Positions 40,608-56,317 of a stretch of DNA of 64,000 nt are shown here, piece by piece. Both the position numbers and the translations under genes were made by a program. The stretch lies in the NCBI RefSeq assembly GCF_009914755.1, contig NC_060928.1; one strand, given 5' to 3'. Origin of the DNA: the human T2T-CHM13v2.0 reference genome, Homo sapiens. Every line of letters begins with the position of its first letter. Positions within the stretch are counted from its first letter, which is position 1. The notes under the pieces were generated by a model. It saw nothing but the letters and a program-made list of their open reading frames with translations. It ran no database searches and had not been told where the DNA came from.

Positions 40608-41016
40608 ACCACACAGCTAAAGGAGTGGCAAATTTGGGATTTGAGCCAGTGTTTTGTTTACATTGACTGTTACATGCAGATAATTACAACCATTCAATTT
40701 TACCAATTATGGCAGGGTTGCAATGATTTTCAGGTTAGAGTTGATTGATCCTGGAGGTTGGGAAACAAAAGGAATGATGCAAGTAATGGCAACTCAACTG
40801 AAGATTTCCCAGGAGAGGATGTTAACTAATTAATGTTAATCAGTTATACACGACAAAAAGCATCCACAAACCAGCATCATTTAAAAGAAGTACTTTTCGC
40901 TACCTACAAAATTCAAGGGTGTTCCTGAAATCACTCTTTGCTATATTTAAGAGCTTGAAGAAATTTGAATAATTGAAATTCTATTCTCCTCCCTCAAGCT
41001 CTGTTTCTTTATATGA

Positions 41017-41363
41017 TATATTAGTCAGTTTTCACACTGCTGATAAAGACATAACTGAAACTGGGAACAAAAAGAGGTTTCATTGGACTTACAGTTCCAC
41101 ATGGCTGGGGAAGTCTCAGAATCATGGCGGGAAGTGAAAGGCACATGGCAGTGGCAAGAGAAAATGAGGAGGAAGCAAAAGCAGAAATCCCTGATAAACC
41201 CATCAGATCTCGTGAGACTTATTCACTATCACGAGAATAGCATGGGAAAGACTTGCCCCCATGATTCAATTACCTCCTGCTGGTTCCCTCTCTTAACACA
41301 TGGAAATTCTGGGAGGTACAATTCAAGTTGAGATTTGGGTGGGGGCACAGTCAAACCATATTA
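41017..41363 (-). mobile_element. THE1 (B/A-type) MaLR solo LTR
   Basis: TTTTCACACTGCTGATAAAGACATA..GGACTTACAGTTCCACATGGCTGGGG..CCATCAGATCTCGTGAGACTTATTCACTATCACGAG; TSD TATGA/TATAA. Confidence 0.92.
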
Positions 41364-43659
41364 TATAATAATTCATTTTAGGATAGTTTCATATTTCCAT
41401 ATTCTAGTTATCCTAGCTGATGTTTCTGGAAGTTCCAGGCTCACATTCTCAAAATATTGACTCCAGTAAAGGAAGGACAGGAGGAGGAAGAGGAGGAAAA
41501 CAGAAGCAGAACGACAAGAAGGTGTGGATAGAAAGGTAGGGGAGGGGCAGAAAGAGGGGAGATTAAAGGAAGGAAAAAGGAAGAAAGGAGAAAATAAGGG
41601 AAACAAAAGGACACCCTAAATCTGACACTGCCCAAAATTGGATAGTAAGCCCATTCTTTTGACCCATATGATGACATAGCCACAGGGAGGCACAAATTAA
41701 ATCTATTACATACAATTATGACTGCCCTTAGAATAGCGAGGGATCAAAACCATCCAAATCACATTGGTTGCATCTAGAGGAAGGAAGAATTACCAAGGAA
41801 ATTTGGAGAGGCTGGTAACAGAAGAAAAGGGAAAAGAAGCTGGGCAACCACACCCAGGAATTGTTCACCACATTTCTTATCTACAGTCAACATAAGACTA
41901 AGTGCTTGGTGAGATGGAGAAACAAAATATAAATTTGACAGCTTCATATCTACATTGTGTTCTGTGACTCTTTGGGACAATCACATATTTTTGTACTTTG
42001 TAGTGCAGAAGTGACTAGCAGAAATAATGCATACTGAATGTAGTGTAATATTCAGCAAATTCTCAACTCAAGACCTCTGAGTAAATTACTAGAAGCATGG
42101 AGGTTACATGTTCAAATTCCTTGGGCACAGGAGGTGCTTACTAGGCTTACGAGATATTATCTGTCTTACTTATGCTCTCCTTTTTTCTCCCTGCCTCCTC
42201 ATCCTTTCCTGATTAATCCACAGCCCTAGCTCTGCCCTTTGGGGTCACAAAGAATTAGTATCCCTTCTTCTACATAACATTCAACTCACCCATATCCTCT
42301 TCTTCAATTCAAATGTCTAAAATGTATTCAAATGTTTCCACAGCTGTTTTCCAGACCTCTCAAATTTCCTATTGCACCCATCTGGATGCATACTAATTCA
42401 TCAATAACATAACAGAATACAAGCTCAATCGATCGTATATCATATTCAATTATTGTTTGTTTCCAGCCGTTCCTGAATGTCTAAGTCCTCAGATTACCTA
42501 TTCCAACTCTCTGAGACATAGAAAGTTAGCTTTTCCTTTCTAAATGTGTCCTGGATTTTTCTTAATGCTTTTTATTATCAATTCCTTGAAAATGCCTCCA
42601 GTTATTTGTGAAGAAAGGTTATTAAATCAAAGAAGAAGAGCGTGGTGCAATGGAAAAGGAACGAGCTCCAAGACCAGAAAACCTATGTTTAATGTTATTT
42701 TGCTTATTTGCAAGGGAAAATGATAAATAATTTAGCCATTTTGAGCTTCAATTTCACAATCTGTGGTGATGGTGATAATAATACTGTATGTTTCACAATG
42801 AAGTGGTCATATCTATCAGAATTATTAAAGTATACCAAAACGTAATTTAATTATTTAAATCAAAATATAATTTAATTACTTTATGATCATCCTTCAAAAT
42901 GCGGAGGTTGGGTCTCTTCTTTCATTATGTGGTAGTATAGAAGAGTTGATCATCTTTTTCTGATTGGCTATTAGAATAGAGCTTTAAACCTATATTGGAA
43001 ATTGCTTGTGATTGTTTTCTCAAATATGAAGTTCCCTTGAGAATAAAAATAGGGAGAAATAATTTTGCTGTTTCGTAGGCAACTGTAACATTCAGAAATG
43101 TAATGTTTCAAATATGTTCAAATGAATCAATATGCCCTCAGTGTGACTTGAGTATAAATTAAAATTTATGGTCCACATGTGGCATACTGTGACCAAACTG
43201 AATGAATATGAGAAAGTGGCATAAGAGAAATAAACATTTATATGTGAGAATGGCTGGCCATTAATTTTTATAAAAGCATTGAAAAAAGCAGAGTGAGAGA
43301 CATTTTTGCATGTAAATGATAACTTGCTCTACTCTAAAAATTCAATATGGCAGAGAACACCATGAAATTACAGTAAATTTTGTTCATAGTAACTAACAGT
43401 ACAATAATAACAAGAACATATATTTTAAAAACTGCACTCATAGTTACATATTATCTTAAAATAGAAAATACTAAAGAAATTCAGTGAATATCATCCCTAA
43501 ATTACACCAATACGAGATGAAATTAACTTGGCCAGGGTCAGAAAGGTGGTTAGCAGCACGGCTTCCATCATCAACTCTATATACATTATCATCTAATTTA
43601 TATTTTATATCCACGTCTCTTTCTCCAAATGTTATAACTCTATACCAATTATAAACTTG

Positions 43660-43856
43660 TAGGCTTGTCATATTTAGCAAAAACAAATCCAGGATGTCCA
43701 GCTAAATGGAATTTCAGATGAAACAACAACAGCAACAACAAATAATTGTCTAATATTAGGCATATCCCATAAAATGTTTCGGACATATTCATAATATAAT
43801 TATTTATATGAAATTCAAATTTTCTTGGGTGCCTTGTATTTTACCTGTCAACCTTA
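43660..43856. mobile_element. MER53 palindromic hAT MITE
   Basis: Termini TAGGCTTGTCATATTTAGC / CTGTCAACCTTA; inverted arms GAATTTCAGAT / ATATGAAATTC. Confidence 0.8.
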
Positions 43857-44381
43857 TACACTAGGGAGTACCAGTTGAAAAACCATGAATCCCCTTATGT
43901 CAGCAAATTTAAAATCAAACTTGGTATCTTTATCTTTAAACTTGCCCTCCCTCCATCTCCATCTCCCTATTCTTCATTAGTAACATCCTCGTCCACTCAG
44001 TTATTCAAGCCATAATTCTGACATCTTCTTCATTTTCTTTTTCATCAACTGCCTCCATACTCATCAATCACTTCTTAAACATCCCCTAAACACATCCCCA
44101 TCTCTCAGCTCTCATTGTTACTACTTAATTTAGCTCATTCTTATCTGACCTGGTGACTGTAACTCCTGTCTAATTATTTTATCCACTCTTAGTCTTGCCT
44201 CTTTCTTCTACTCATGACATTACAACCAGAAAGAGAAAGATGACATTACATATCTGATGATTTTGACTTGCTTGTAGCCTTCAAAAATTTCTCATTAATG
44301 AGAAAGGAGGACTTAAAACTTCATATTCACGGCCATTTATAGTCAGTCTCCTGCTTGCTAATACAGCCCCAAATTTTTTGA

Positions 44382-44695
<314 letters not shown>

Positions 44696-44714
44696 GCCCT
44701 CCACACTGTAAATT

Positions 44715-44912
44715 CAGAGTTTGCAAATTCCTGCCCACTGCCTGGTTTTGTAAATAATGTTATATTAGTGCATTGCCATCTGCATTTGTCTACATCTTGT
44801 TTATGCCTACCTCTCTGCTACAACTAAAGTAGTTGCAACAGATTGGTGGGTTTCAAAGCCTGAAATATTTACTACTTCGTTTTTTATTTTTAAAGAAGTT
44901 TGATTATCCCTG
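44715..44912. mobile_element. MER58A (hAT-Charlie)
   Basis: GCCCACTGCCTGGTTTTGTAAATAA..AGTAGTTGCAACAGA..AAAGCCTGAAATATTTACTA..AAGTTTGATTATCCCTG. Confidence 0.8.
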
Positions 44913-45272
44913 CTTTAAATACACTGAATTATATGTAATGCTGTTGAAGTTATCATGCTCTGTCTCATCAGTAGGTAAAAATGAATAATTTCTGCTCAAA
45001 ATGTTCTTCCTTTTCACATATGCCACTAAATTATTTTCAAAAACCCCACCTTGCCTCCAGAAAACCTGCTGGTATGACACAGCTGGTATAAGGTATCCAT
45101 CTCTGTGTTTCTGTGGACAATTCCTTTCTAGCTATTTGTTGTACTTATCACATATTTACATTAGCTTTACTTTTATTTTCAAGTGTATAATATTTGTGCC
45201 TCTTTCCCTGTTTTGGTGTTAGCACAAAGATAGCATGAACTAGGTGCTCATTTTAGACTTTAAGATTAATTT

Positions 45273-45490
45273 TAACACATGGGGGGACCTCCATTGCTAC
45301 AAAATATGCAAAAATTAGCCAGGCATGATGGGGTATGCCTGTAGTCCCAGCTACTTGGGAGGCTGAAGTTGGACGATTGCTTGAACCCAGGAGGTCAAGG
45401 CTGCAGTGAATTGTGGCTGTGTCATTGCACTCCAGCCTGGGTGAAAGAGCAAGACTGCTTCTCTTAAAAAAAAATAATTTTAATAAAATA
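45273..45490 (+). mobile_element. 5'-truncated AluJ
   Basis: Linker and right arm, CCCAGGAGGTCAAGGCTGCAGTGA, A tail. Confidence 0.9.
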
Positions 45491-46298
45491 GCAAGAGCCT
45501 GAGTGCAGTTATCCAGAATCACAATCCAGAGCTAGTCACATCCTTTGAAGACTCTTCCTTTCTCAAGTATCAATAGCTTTATTTTAGGTTTTTGAGCGTG
45601 TATCTACCACATATTCACTGTTGTCACTCTCACTTGAAAGTCAATGTTTGAAGTTAAGAATTCTGTCTAATACATTAGAGTAATTCTCTGTATGGTTAAT
45701 ATCCAGCAGTAAGAGTCAAAGAAAAGAGTATTAGTATTGAAGGTTCTACATAGAAAACATTAAAATCTTTGAGCAGAAGGCACAAAGTTAAGCAAAGGAT
45801 TAAAAAATAACACCTCACAGCTGCCTCAGAATATTTGCTAGTTATGAAACAATTTTGTTTTTTTCTTTTGCTGCTGTTTGTTCTCTTTATTTTTATTGTC
45901 ATTGTTGTCTTGTTTGTTTGTTTTTCTACTGATTCACCTGATGTTACATAGAATGAGAGACTGGTTTGTCAACACGCAAACCGATTAATCCTGTAAGTCC
46001 CATTGTGTTATTGAAAGACTTGAATCAAACAGCTTTTCTCTGAGAGAAGGGTAGGAGCATTACTATCCTCATCCCAAGATAGGCTATCTAAAATTTATAT
46101 AATATGCATAGCTATTTAAATGTATTTTATATTGCAAAAGAAACTACATATAAGAAGTAAACAATACTTATATTATCAAACATTGGGTGGAAGAAGAATA
46201 GAAGATGTCAGGTGATGGAATACAAATAGCTGATACTAAAGCAGTACTTGTAAGGACAATGTAAATTTATGTAAATAACTCCCATAAGAACTGAATAC

Positions 46299-46614
46299 AG
46301 CCAGGTGCGGTGGCTCTCACCTGTAATCCCAGCACTTAGGGAGGCCGAGGAGGGTGGATCACCTGAGACAAGGAGTTCCAGACCAGCCTGGCCAACATGG
46401 TGTAACCCCATCTCTACTAAAAATACAAAAATTAGCTAGGTGTGGTGGCAGGCAACTGTAATCCCACCTACTCAGGAGGCTGAGTCAGGAGAATCATTTG
46501 GACCCAGAAGGTGGCAGAGGTTGCAGTGAGCCGAGACTGTGCCACTGCACTCTAGCAGCCAGGGGCAACAGAGTGAGACTCTATCTCAAAAAAAAAACAA
46601 AAAACAAAAAACAA
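46299..46614 (+). mobile_element. Alu (AluSx/Sq-like)
   Basis: GGATCACCTGAG..GACCAGCCTGGCCAACATGG; TSD AACTGAATAC / AACTAAATAC. Confidence 0.95.
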
Positions 46615-47623
46615 AACTAAATACCAAATTGTTGATAGCAGACAATTCTGAAGTGTAAGATGAGTAATGAGGAGGGGCAGAATAGGAAACTGACACTTTT
46701 CATCATAAGGCCTTCTATATTATATGTTTTTTAATGTCATGCACTATTTGATATTTAAAAGTAATATTTCTAATATATATTTTCACCCTGGATCTTATCT
46801 CTGGAATAGCAATTGTGAGTATTTTAATCCCTTATTCATAGGCACACATTTCAGTTCTACTTATTAAATGCAAAGACTTTGATTTCTCCCTGAAGGATTG
46901 GGCATTATATTTTCTGTTTTGTTTACATTCAGCTCAATATTTGCCACATAGTATGTGTCTAACTCTGAAGCATTTTTATGCAGGCTTTCCAAGGTTCCCA
47001 GTGGTACTGATTCCCAGTTTGCCACAGTAATAACCATTCATTAGCACACACTGTATCGAGACTCTTTTCTTCCTAGTTTTAATTCCCCTAACAGAGCAAC
47101 TTGTAATCCACTCAAAATATACTATTTGCACTCAAAGTTGTGTATCAGGATCTGCTTTGAGGAAAACAGCTTGTGGTAATTGCAAGTATGATTACAAGCC
47201 ATAGGTACTGGTTTCTGGGATCAGATTGCTAAATGACCAGGTAATAACATGGCACCGAACTGGGTGGTAAATCAGTTTAATAAGACTGTCAACCATGGGG
47301 TGTAGGTGTGAGAAGATGTACTGGCGTATGGGGCAATGGAAATTTCAATAATTCTGGCTGTTAACAATTGTCATAGAACTCTGAAGGAAGAAAATTCTAG
47401 TCTCGGTTTTGATAACTATTAACTTAGGGCGCATTTTAAAACCAAGTAAGCCTCAGTAACACTGTTTAAAAAGATTTCATCAACACCTGAAAGACAGATG
47501 TTGCTGGATATCAAATACAAGGTTTAATTACCAGGGTTTTGGAGTTGGGATGAAGGCTGAATTCAGAGCTCCAACAAGTCTTCTACAGTAAAGTGAGGTT
47601 CATGATAAGAAGAAAAAACTCTA

Positions 47624-47890
47624 GGCCAGGAGCAGTGGCTCACGCCTGTAATCCCAGCATTTTGGGAGTCCGAGGTGGGCAGATCACGAGGTCAGGAGAT
47701 GGCTAACACGGTGAAACCCCATCTCTACTAAAAATACAAAAAGTTAGCTAGGTGTGGTGGCGGGTGTCTGTAGTCCCAGCTACTCGGGAGGCTGAGGCAG
47801 GAGAACTGTGTGAACCAGGAGGTGGAGCTTGCAGTGAGCCGAGACTGCGCCACTGCACTCCAGCCTGGGCGACAGAGCGAGACTCCGTCT

Positions 47891-47941
<51 letters not shown>

Positions 47942-47970
47942 CTCCGTCTCAAAAACAAAAATAAAAGAAA
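47624..47970 (+). mobile_element. AluY with a 12-bp internal deletion and duplicated 3' end
   Basis: Y-type GATCACGAGGTC, GGCTAACACGG, GGAGCTTGCAG; A48 tail followed by a second GACTCCGTCTC and A-rich tail. Confidence 0.95.
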
Positions 47971-49691
47971 ATAAGAGAGAACATTAAGACCCAAGACAAC
48001 AACACTGGCCTTACATGAATGAGAAATGTAAATCTTAAGACTTTTCTAAATCTCTAGGTGGACAGAGTAGCCCGCCAATATTTACTAGAGAAGAACAGTC
48101 TCACGTTGCATGAAGACCATATATGGGCTTTGCCTAAGATGAATACCAACCAATGTGATACTTGCCCTTCTCAAGATCTTCCCTGACTCTTATTGTTCTA
48201 AATCAATACTAAGTGTCAGCATGGTCCAAGAATTAAAGGGCGTATCATGAACAGAGGTAGATAATACATACCATCATGGAGATAGTATGTTTGGGTAGCC
48301 TTGGAGAGTCCTGAAGAATATGCTGGCTATGGGGGAATGTATTGATATGGGAACACTCTGCAGTATTTTAGGATTGAACACTCTTGCAAGGATGCTTTAC
48401 ATCAACCGTAACATGCTTTTGGAATAGGCCCTTGAGGCTTGGAAAGAATGACTGTCTACAAGTAAATGAAGGAGATGCCAAAATGGCTTTAACACATAGG
48501 GATGAAGAATTTCAGAATTACTGAGGTGAAATGGTGCATACAATTACTAAAGATAAGTTGAACACATATAATATTACAGGCAGCAAGTCCAAGAAGCCAA
48601 CAAGAGAGTTTGGTGATGGCATTCAAGGGGCAAAATATGCAGACAGCTAATGAGAATAATGTTTTACTTACATAATTAAAAATAAGAGCAGACATACAGA
48701 AGGCTATGTCAGCAGCTTTATCAGAAAATCACTCTTCCCTGATTCCTAGACTGAAATCACTTGTTGGACTCAGAGTCTATTGATCGAAATAAATGACTCT
48801 GTAATATCACAGCAATAATGAACAATAAATATGTCTTCTCAAAGCAACATACAGCCATTTACAAATGTAGGTGTTCACTGGAGAAAAAGGACTATCTACC
48901 TGTTTGGAAAATTGTTGAACATAGGTTCTGAACTACTACTGTTAATAGAGGAATATGTACAGCCCATCTTTTAGATTGCAGATGTAGAAAACATATGTAA
49001 TAATCAGCCTCCTAATTCAAATATATCTCACCTCAGCTTTCAAGTGCATAATGATGGGGGTCATTCTTCCAGCCTTTAAGAGCAAAATAGTCATGGATAT
49101 ATTTAGCATCTTGCAGTACCATCACCTTGTTCCCTCATCTGTGGATGAAGAGTTATTACGCTATAAAGGGCAAAGTGGAAGCTTGTGAAACTGTCCCATT
49201 GCCCATTTACAGTAAATCACAAGACTACTGAAAAGTGGCAGAGATTAATCTACCCTTAAAAACTTAAAGGACATGAAACTGGTGTGACTCATTATATTCC
49301 CACTTAATTCAATGATATGGTATCAAAGATAAAATAAAATAAAAAAGATGGATCTTGACAGATGATGGTAATCTTTTATAATTGTAGCAAAGAATGTCAC
49401 AAAGTGGTAACCCCAATAATATTTTCTGTGTTGGAATTATGTAGAAGAAACCACCCTATCTTGCTGGCTATCGATATGTTTCTATTGATCTGAAAAAAAA
49501 ATGACATTTTTTAATCCAGGAAGGATGAAATCAGGAAGGATGGCATCGTTAGCATTCACTTGGAAAGACAGTAGTACACTTTCACACTTGTCTGAGGGCT
49601 ACGTTAACTATTCTACTCTCTGTCACAAGGTAAACAAAAGGGACCTTGATCATCTAAACATGTTGCCATGTATTGTAGTATTCCACTATGA

Positions 49692-50220
<529 letters not shown>

Positions 50221-51185
50221 CAATATACAGATGGCATCATGTTAATTTTACCTGGGGACCACAAAATGGCAAGTTCTCTGAAAGTGCTGACAAGGCACAT
50301 ACACATCAGAGGGAGGGATATTAAACCTTATAAAGTTTGGGAGGCCTGACATGTCTGTTAAGTTTTTAGGGGTCGAAGAGTTTCAGAAATACTAGGACAT
50401 TTCTTTCAAAGTTCAGGATATTTCACTTTGTACTTCCTACAACTAGGAAACTGGGACAGTGCTTGGACGGGTGTTTTGGATTTAGAAGACAGTATGTACC
50501 ACTTTTAGCAATATAGCTCTGACTCATTTATCATCTGACTCATTAGACTTCCAGTTTTGAGTGAGGTAGGAGCAATAGAGCCCTCTACAGTAAGTTAAGA
50601 AAATGCTTCCAATGGGTACCTTCAATGAAATAAATGTGTTAATGTTTGATCTGTGGTGGTTTACTACATGATGACTCTCTGAAAAGCCTCAAAAGGAGAG
50701 TTGCATTGCAAATTCCTAAGGTTTTGAAGCAAGGCTGAGCTCTCTGCACCAGTTCACTATTTACTTTTGAAAAGCAACTCTTGAAAAACTGCACTAAACC
50801 ATGAAACATCTAGAGTCTATACAATGGAATGTACCTATTATGAGCTGAACATTGTCAGGACAGCACTAAAGCAATCCATCATATGATGGAAATAGTAGTT
50901 TGAGAACTGGGCAGGACAAAAGGGGGTAAAATAATGTATACAAATGCGTAGTTCAGATTCCTATGTCACTGCAGTCTTCTTTAGCAATGCCTCTCTTTAG
51001 CTCATGCCTATGGCCTTGTTGGGTATTTCCTAGGACTATCTGACATTGGAATAACCTGAGACTGATTTATGAATAGGTCAACTCAATATATTGATGTAAG
51101 CAGAAAACAGACAGTTGCTGCAGTACAACACTAATTTGGATATCCATAAAAATTCAATGGTGATGGCTACTCCTCCCTAGTGGGC

Positions 51186-51546
51186 CGATATGGTTTGGCT
51201 GTGTCCCCACCCAAATCTCATCTTGAATTGTAGCTCCCATAATTCCCATGTGTTCTGGGAGTGACTCAGTGGGAGATAATTGAATCATGGGGGTGGTTTC
51301 CCCCATACTGTTCCTGTGGTAGTGAATAGTCTCACGAGATCTGATCATTTTATAAAATGTTTCCCTTTTGCTTGGCTCTCATTTTTCTCTCGTCTGCCAC
51401 CATGTGAAATGTGCCCTTCACCTTCCACCATGATGGTGAGGCCACCCCAGCCACATGGAACTGTGAGTCCATTAAACCTCTTTTTCTTTATAAATTACCT
51501 AGTCTCAGGTATGTCTTTATCGACAGTGTGAAAATGGGCTAATACA
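51186..51546 (+). mobile_element. THE1 (B/C-type) MaLR solo LTR
   Basis: GATATGGTTTGGCTGTGTCCCCACCCAAATCTCATCTTGAATTG..CTAATACA; perfect TSD TGGGC (51181-85 / 51547-51). Confidence 0.95.
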
Positions 51547-52584
51547 TGGGCAAATCCTGAGCAGTACTTCTGTTCATCTACTTAGTGGGTAAAGTGGTCA
51601 TAGATAGGAATACAAATAGTGACACCTAATGGCCTGGAAGAAACTGGATGTGGAGTACAATGAAATTAAAAAGTCACTGGGAAGATGCTTGGGGATGGGC
51701 CAATTGAATCATGATCAAAAAGTCATGATCTTTTTCTGTTAGGTCAATCCCATCCAAAAAGAGCACTCATCTGAACAGAAACCCTGAACAACCAGATAAA
51801 CAGGAGGAACCTATTCCATGGATGCCAGCCAGCTTCTTGTCTTTTCCATTCCAGTGGTTGCACAACATGCCCGTAAATTGAGTAGCCACGGTAGTAGAAA
51901 TGAAAGCTATTTGTGAGTCCAACATTACGGGCTTCCTTCACCAATTATGTGGTAAATACTGTATTGCTGATGTCATACATGCCATCAGCAAAGTCAGAAA
52001 CTGAGCCTTTACTATGGTACTATTGAAGAAGATCAGTGAGCCACTTATGGACACGTTGATTACAGAAGAACTCTATCACCTGCACAAGATCAGTAACTTT
52101 TTTCTATAAAAATTGCTATGTTTTCTGCGGCTGGAGTTTGACTTCCCTGAAAATGCTGTTGAGATGCCAAACACATCTCCTTTGCATTCAATGCTCCTGT
52201 GCATTACTGACTTGGTAGCTTCCTACAAGAACCTGGAAATTCTTTCCTGAGCATTTTATCTAGCCACTGAAATAGGCTTGGCCTCAACAGCAGACAGACT
52301 ATAAATACCAGTGATATAGCATGGCAGAAGCAGCACTCAATCAATGATTAATGGGAGTTGGGTGCTTAGAATCTTCAGCTTCCTTGCTTCTTGGATGGGA
52401 GAATTCTGTGGTTTATTCTTTGCAGTTTTCCAGAGGTCTCTAGCAAGATGGATGCCCTGTGACCCAAAATAGTAACCAATTAATTAACACACGTTTTAGT
52501 GACTTCATTCCTTTCTTTTCACACTTCTCCACACTCCTTCCATGATTATTGGGACTACTTCCACAAATAAACCGCTTGAATTCA

Positions 52585-52956
<372 letters not shown>

Positions 52957-55636
52957 CTACTTAATTGAATCTATAAAATTTCTTTCAAAATATTCATCCA
53001 CTTAACAAAGAACTATTAGATACCTAATACATGTATAATACATACCTCTTGTCTTGAACAATCCAGGAACTATCGATTTGAGAAACAAATATATTAAAAT
53101 TAGAATACAGCAGGATGAATCTTTAACAAAAAATTCTAGAAGATACAATGATAGGATGGGGAGAGAGGAAAAAAAGAAAGGAGACAGAGAGGGAGAGAGA
53201 GACCACAATTTACTTAGCTCAAGTGTCAGGAAAAATACCATATTTGAGGCTGTGAGAGATTTGTATCAATGAGTGAGAAGGTTGCTTTTGCTTTGAGGAC
53301 TCATAGGCTGACAAGATAAGGAAGAACATTATATACTAAAGAAGGAATATATAGGAAAAAATGCATAGAGGTGTTCTCTGGATAAATAGAGGGAAATCAT
53401 GCCATTGTTCTCTTTATTTAGGAACAGAGAGGAGGCATTGAAGGATTTATTATTTTAATATGTAATTTTCTGCCTTGGAGTCGTGTTCAGTCAACACTTA
53501 TACTAGAAGATAAATGAGTTCTCAAAGTGGAACCAATGAATATACTTTTGAACATGTTAGATTTTTTTAATAATAAAAATTTTATGAGGTAGGAATGAGA
53601 GAAGATTAATGCTTCAAGTGGCAAATGCATATCTATAACTCCTAAATCTCAATGACATCTTTTGATTCTAGATTGTAAAGAACAACACTTTTTTGTAATT
53701 TTTGTTAAAATCAACCTTATTGTGTGCTCTCTTTTGAAAAGTTCTTGTGTGTATGTATGTGTTCAGGATGGTGTCAGGGGAGGGTTTTCTCCACCTTGTG
53801 CTCTTTTTTGCCTGTAAATAGAAATTCCTCTCAATTATTTTACCTTTCCAGCAAATATTGGGTTGCATCCTTTCTCTCTTCTTGCTACGCATCACTCACT
53901 ATTTTCTGCAGCAAGGGCAAAGGTATTGGTATGTATGAAAGATAGATATTTGTTGGTTATATTGCTGATCAGAGTTAGAAGTAGCGTATGTTCCTGCCTT
54001 TGGGCTTTCTCTAAAGGAGTCTACCCACAAGCTGAATACATTTCCCAATCTACTCCTGCTGTGGAGTAATAAACTTCCCACAGTTCTCTTGACTTTCCAT
54101 CCATAATGAGACTCAATTTACAGGAGAAGTGGTAAGAATCCCAACCCTTATTTCATGTCAAGTCTGCATTTTCTAATTGAGATATAAAAGAAATAAAGTG
54201 GATTTTGTATTTTTATCTTGATTTAGTTCCTCTGTGCTAAATATTCCATAATCTGGTGGGTAGAGAAGAAAGATTATTAGGTTTCTCCAAACTTCAACAG
54301 TTTTTATCTTTAATTGGATAGGCATAAGAATGCTGTTATATGTAGCACAACGCATATTATAGCATGTTAGAGCTGAAAGAAACCATGGGAACACACAATC
54401 ACAGGCATGGTTTGTAGCTCGAGAACTGAGGCCTGGAAATGTTCAATGACTTGCCTAAGGTCATAGATCCACTTAGGGGAAGAACTGGTACCAGAGCCTG
54501 GGTCTACTGATATTCATCTCAGGATATTTTTTTTTTCACACGATCTGACTTCATTAAATATTTACTTAAAAACAAATTAATATGCTATGAAATTATAGCA
54601 ACATAGCATCGGTGGATTTAAAGGATACCATAGTATGAACCCAAAGACCTTAAGAGGATACAGCATCTTAGCAATTATTTCAAATAAGACTTTCCGACGC
54701 TCAATTTCAGCAACATTATACCTCATGACTATAAGACTGAGAGTGTTAGTTATAAAGGGAAGTAATGTAGCTTTACAAGAAAGGATAAAAATGGTTCACT
54801 GAGGACCTCACACTACTTTGGGGGAAACAGGTGTGCAAACAAATCGGTATACTGCCTATAATGTGTCCCTTGCTACTGTAGAGTTTTGGGAACAGCTTCA
54901 GGCCAATGCAAGTGAGTAGGCAGAGGGATCTCTCTTGAGAATCTGAGAAGGCACTGCAGAGCGCGGAGCTGAGCTGTAAAGGTTGTGAGATGGCTAAGGA
55001 TATTCTTGGTGGATGGTATAGAAAGAAACAGAAGAACAAGAGTGGGAAGAAAAGTGGGAAGAGGGAAAGGCAAGGAATCTTGTGTGCAGAGGAATGCAGG
55101 GGAAGGAAAGGAGTAGGAGAGCCCGGGGCTCTTTCTTCACAGAAGAAGGCTGTCAGGACAGGCTGATTCTTATTTGAGAGTCACCAACAGCTCCAAAGGT
55201 TATACTAGAACTTGGATAAAAACAGGACATCTTGTTAAAGCACTGTTCTGATGTCACAGCCTGGCTTTAATATTTATAGAAGCTCTCCCATGTCTTCTGG
55301 ATAAAGTCCAGCTTCCTAGTCCTATCTATTTTTAAACCTACTCAATTTTCCAACAATACATATGATTCTAGTCTAACAAAGTATTTTCTTTATCCTATAT
55401 GTTCCCTTTTCCCTTTCAGTCGACACTCTCCAACACTTTCACCATAATTTTCTGAATACTTTTCTGCTTGTCTTTCTCCCATTGGCACAAGATTCAATCC
55501 AATTGATATTTACCTCAGTTCAAAGTCATGAGACCTTTCTACCATATACTGACATTTTCCTCTTCTCTGAGCTCCTCTAACAACTAGCTGTAACTTTCTT
55601 TTAGCTAGGTGCATACCTTATTGAAGATTATGTTAT

Positions 55637-55697
55637 AGAGAGGGAGAGAGAGACAGAGCGTGTGTGTGTGTGTGTATGTGTGTGTGTGTGTGTGTGT
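55637..55697. repeat. Compound (GA)n(GT)n microsatellite
   Basis: GAGAGGGAGAGAGAGACAGAGC followed by ~19 GT units with one interruption. Confidence 0.93.
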
Positions 55698-56317
55698 AGA
55701 CTTATTTCTCCCTCTACACTCTTTAATCCTTGAAGAAAGGATCCATGTATGTCTCTAGTCTGTGACCTTCACAGCAGTTGAGAGACAGATTGGTGACTAC
55801 TACCTCCTGAATTATGATTTGTCTTTCTGTATGCAATAGAGTTGAGGCTTTAAGTCCATTTCATTAGAAGAAAAGCACCATTTCCAATTAAGTGTCTGGA
55901 AAGGTAAGTATAATATCTGTACTTTTTTCCTAGAAACAAATAAAAATGAGACAAATGAAAATGTTTTTCTCTTAGTAAATGTGATACAACTAACATTAAA
56001 ATACCCCTTTGCCATTCTAAAAAGCGGTAAAGTTACACAAACTACCTCATTTGGAATTCCACAGGGACCCTGATAAATAAAAGTTATTGTTGCAATTTTC
56101 AGAGCATTTCAACTGGGTCAAATAGTTTGTTCAGAGATACATTTATTTCTTTTTCTTTTTTTTTTCTTTTTTGGTCTGGATTCAAACTCAATTTCTCTGA
56201 ATTCAATACACTAAACCAAACTCCTCCCCAAAAAGATAAAACTATTTTACCAAAACACTTCAGGCTTCTTTCCCTTTTTTGATTAGATGCAACAGCAACT
56301 AGGTAAGCTTAGGAGTA

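Noticed and set aside
43660-43856. MER53 hairpin as a miRNA precursor (MER53 gave rise to the miR-1302 family)
   Set aside because: The arms are heavily diverged and asymmetric; there is no sequence evidence for a processed miRNA.
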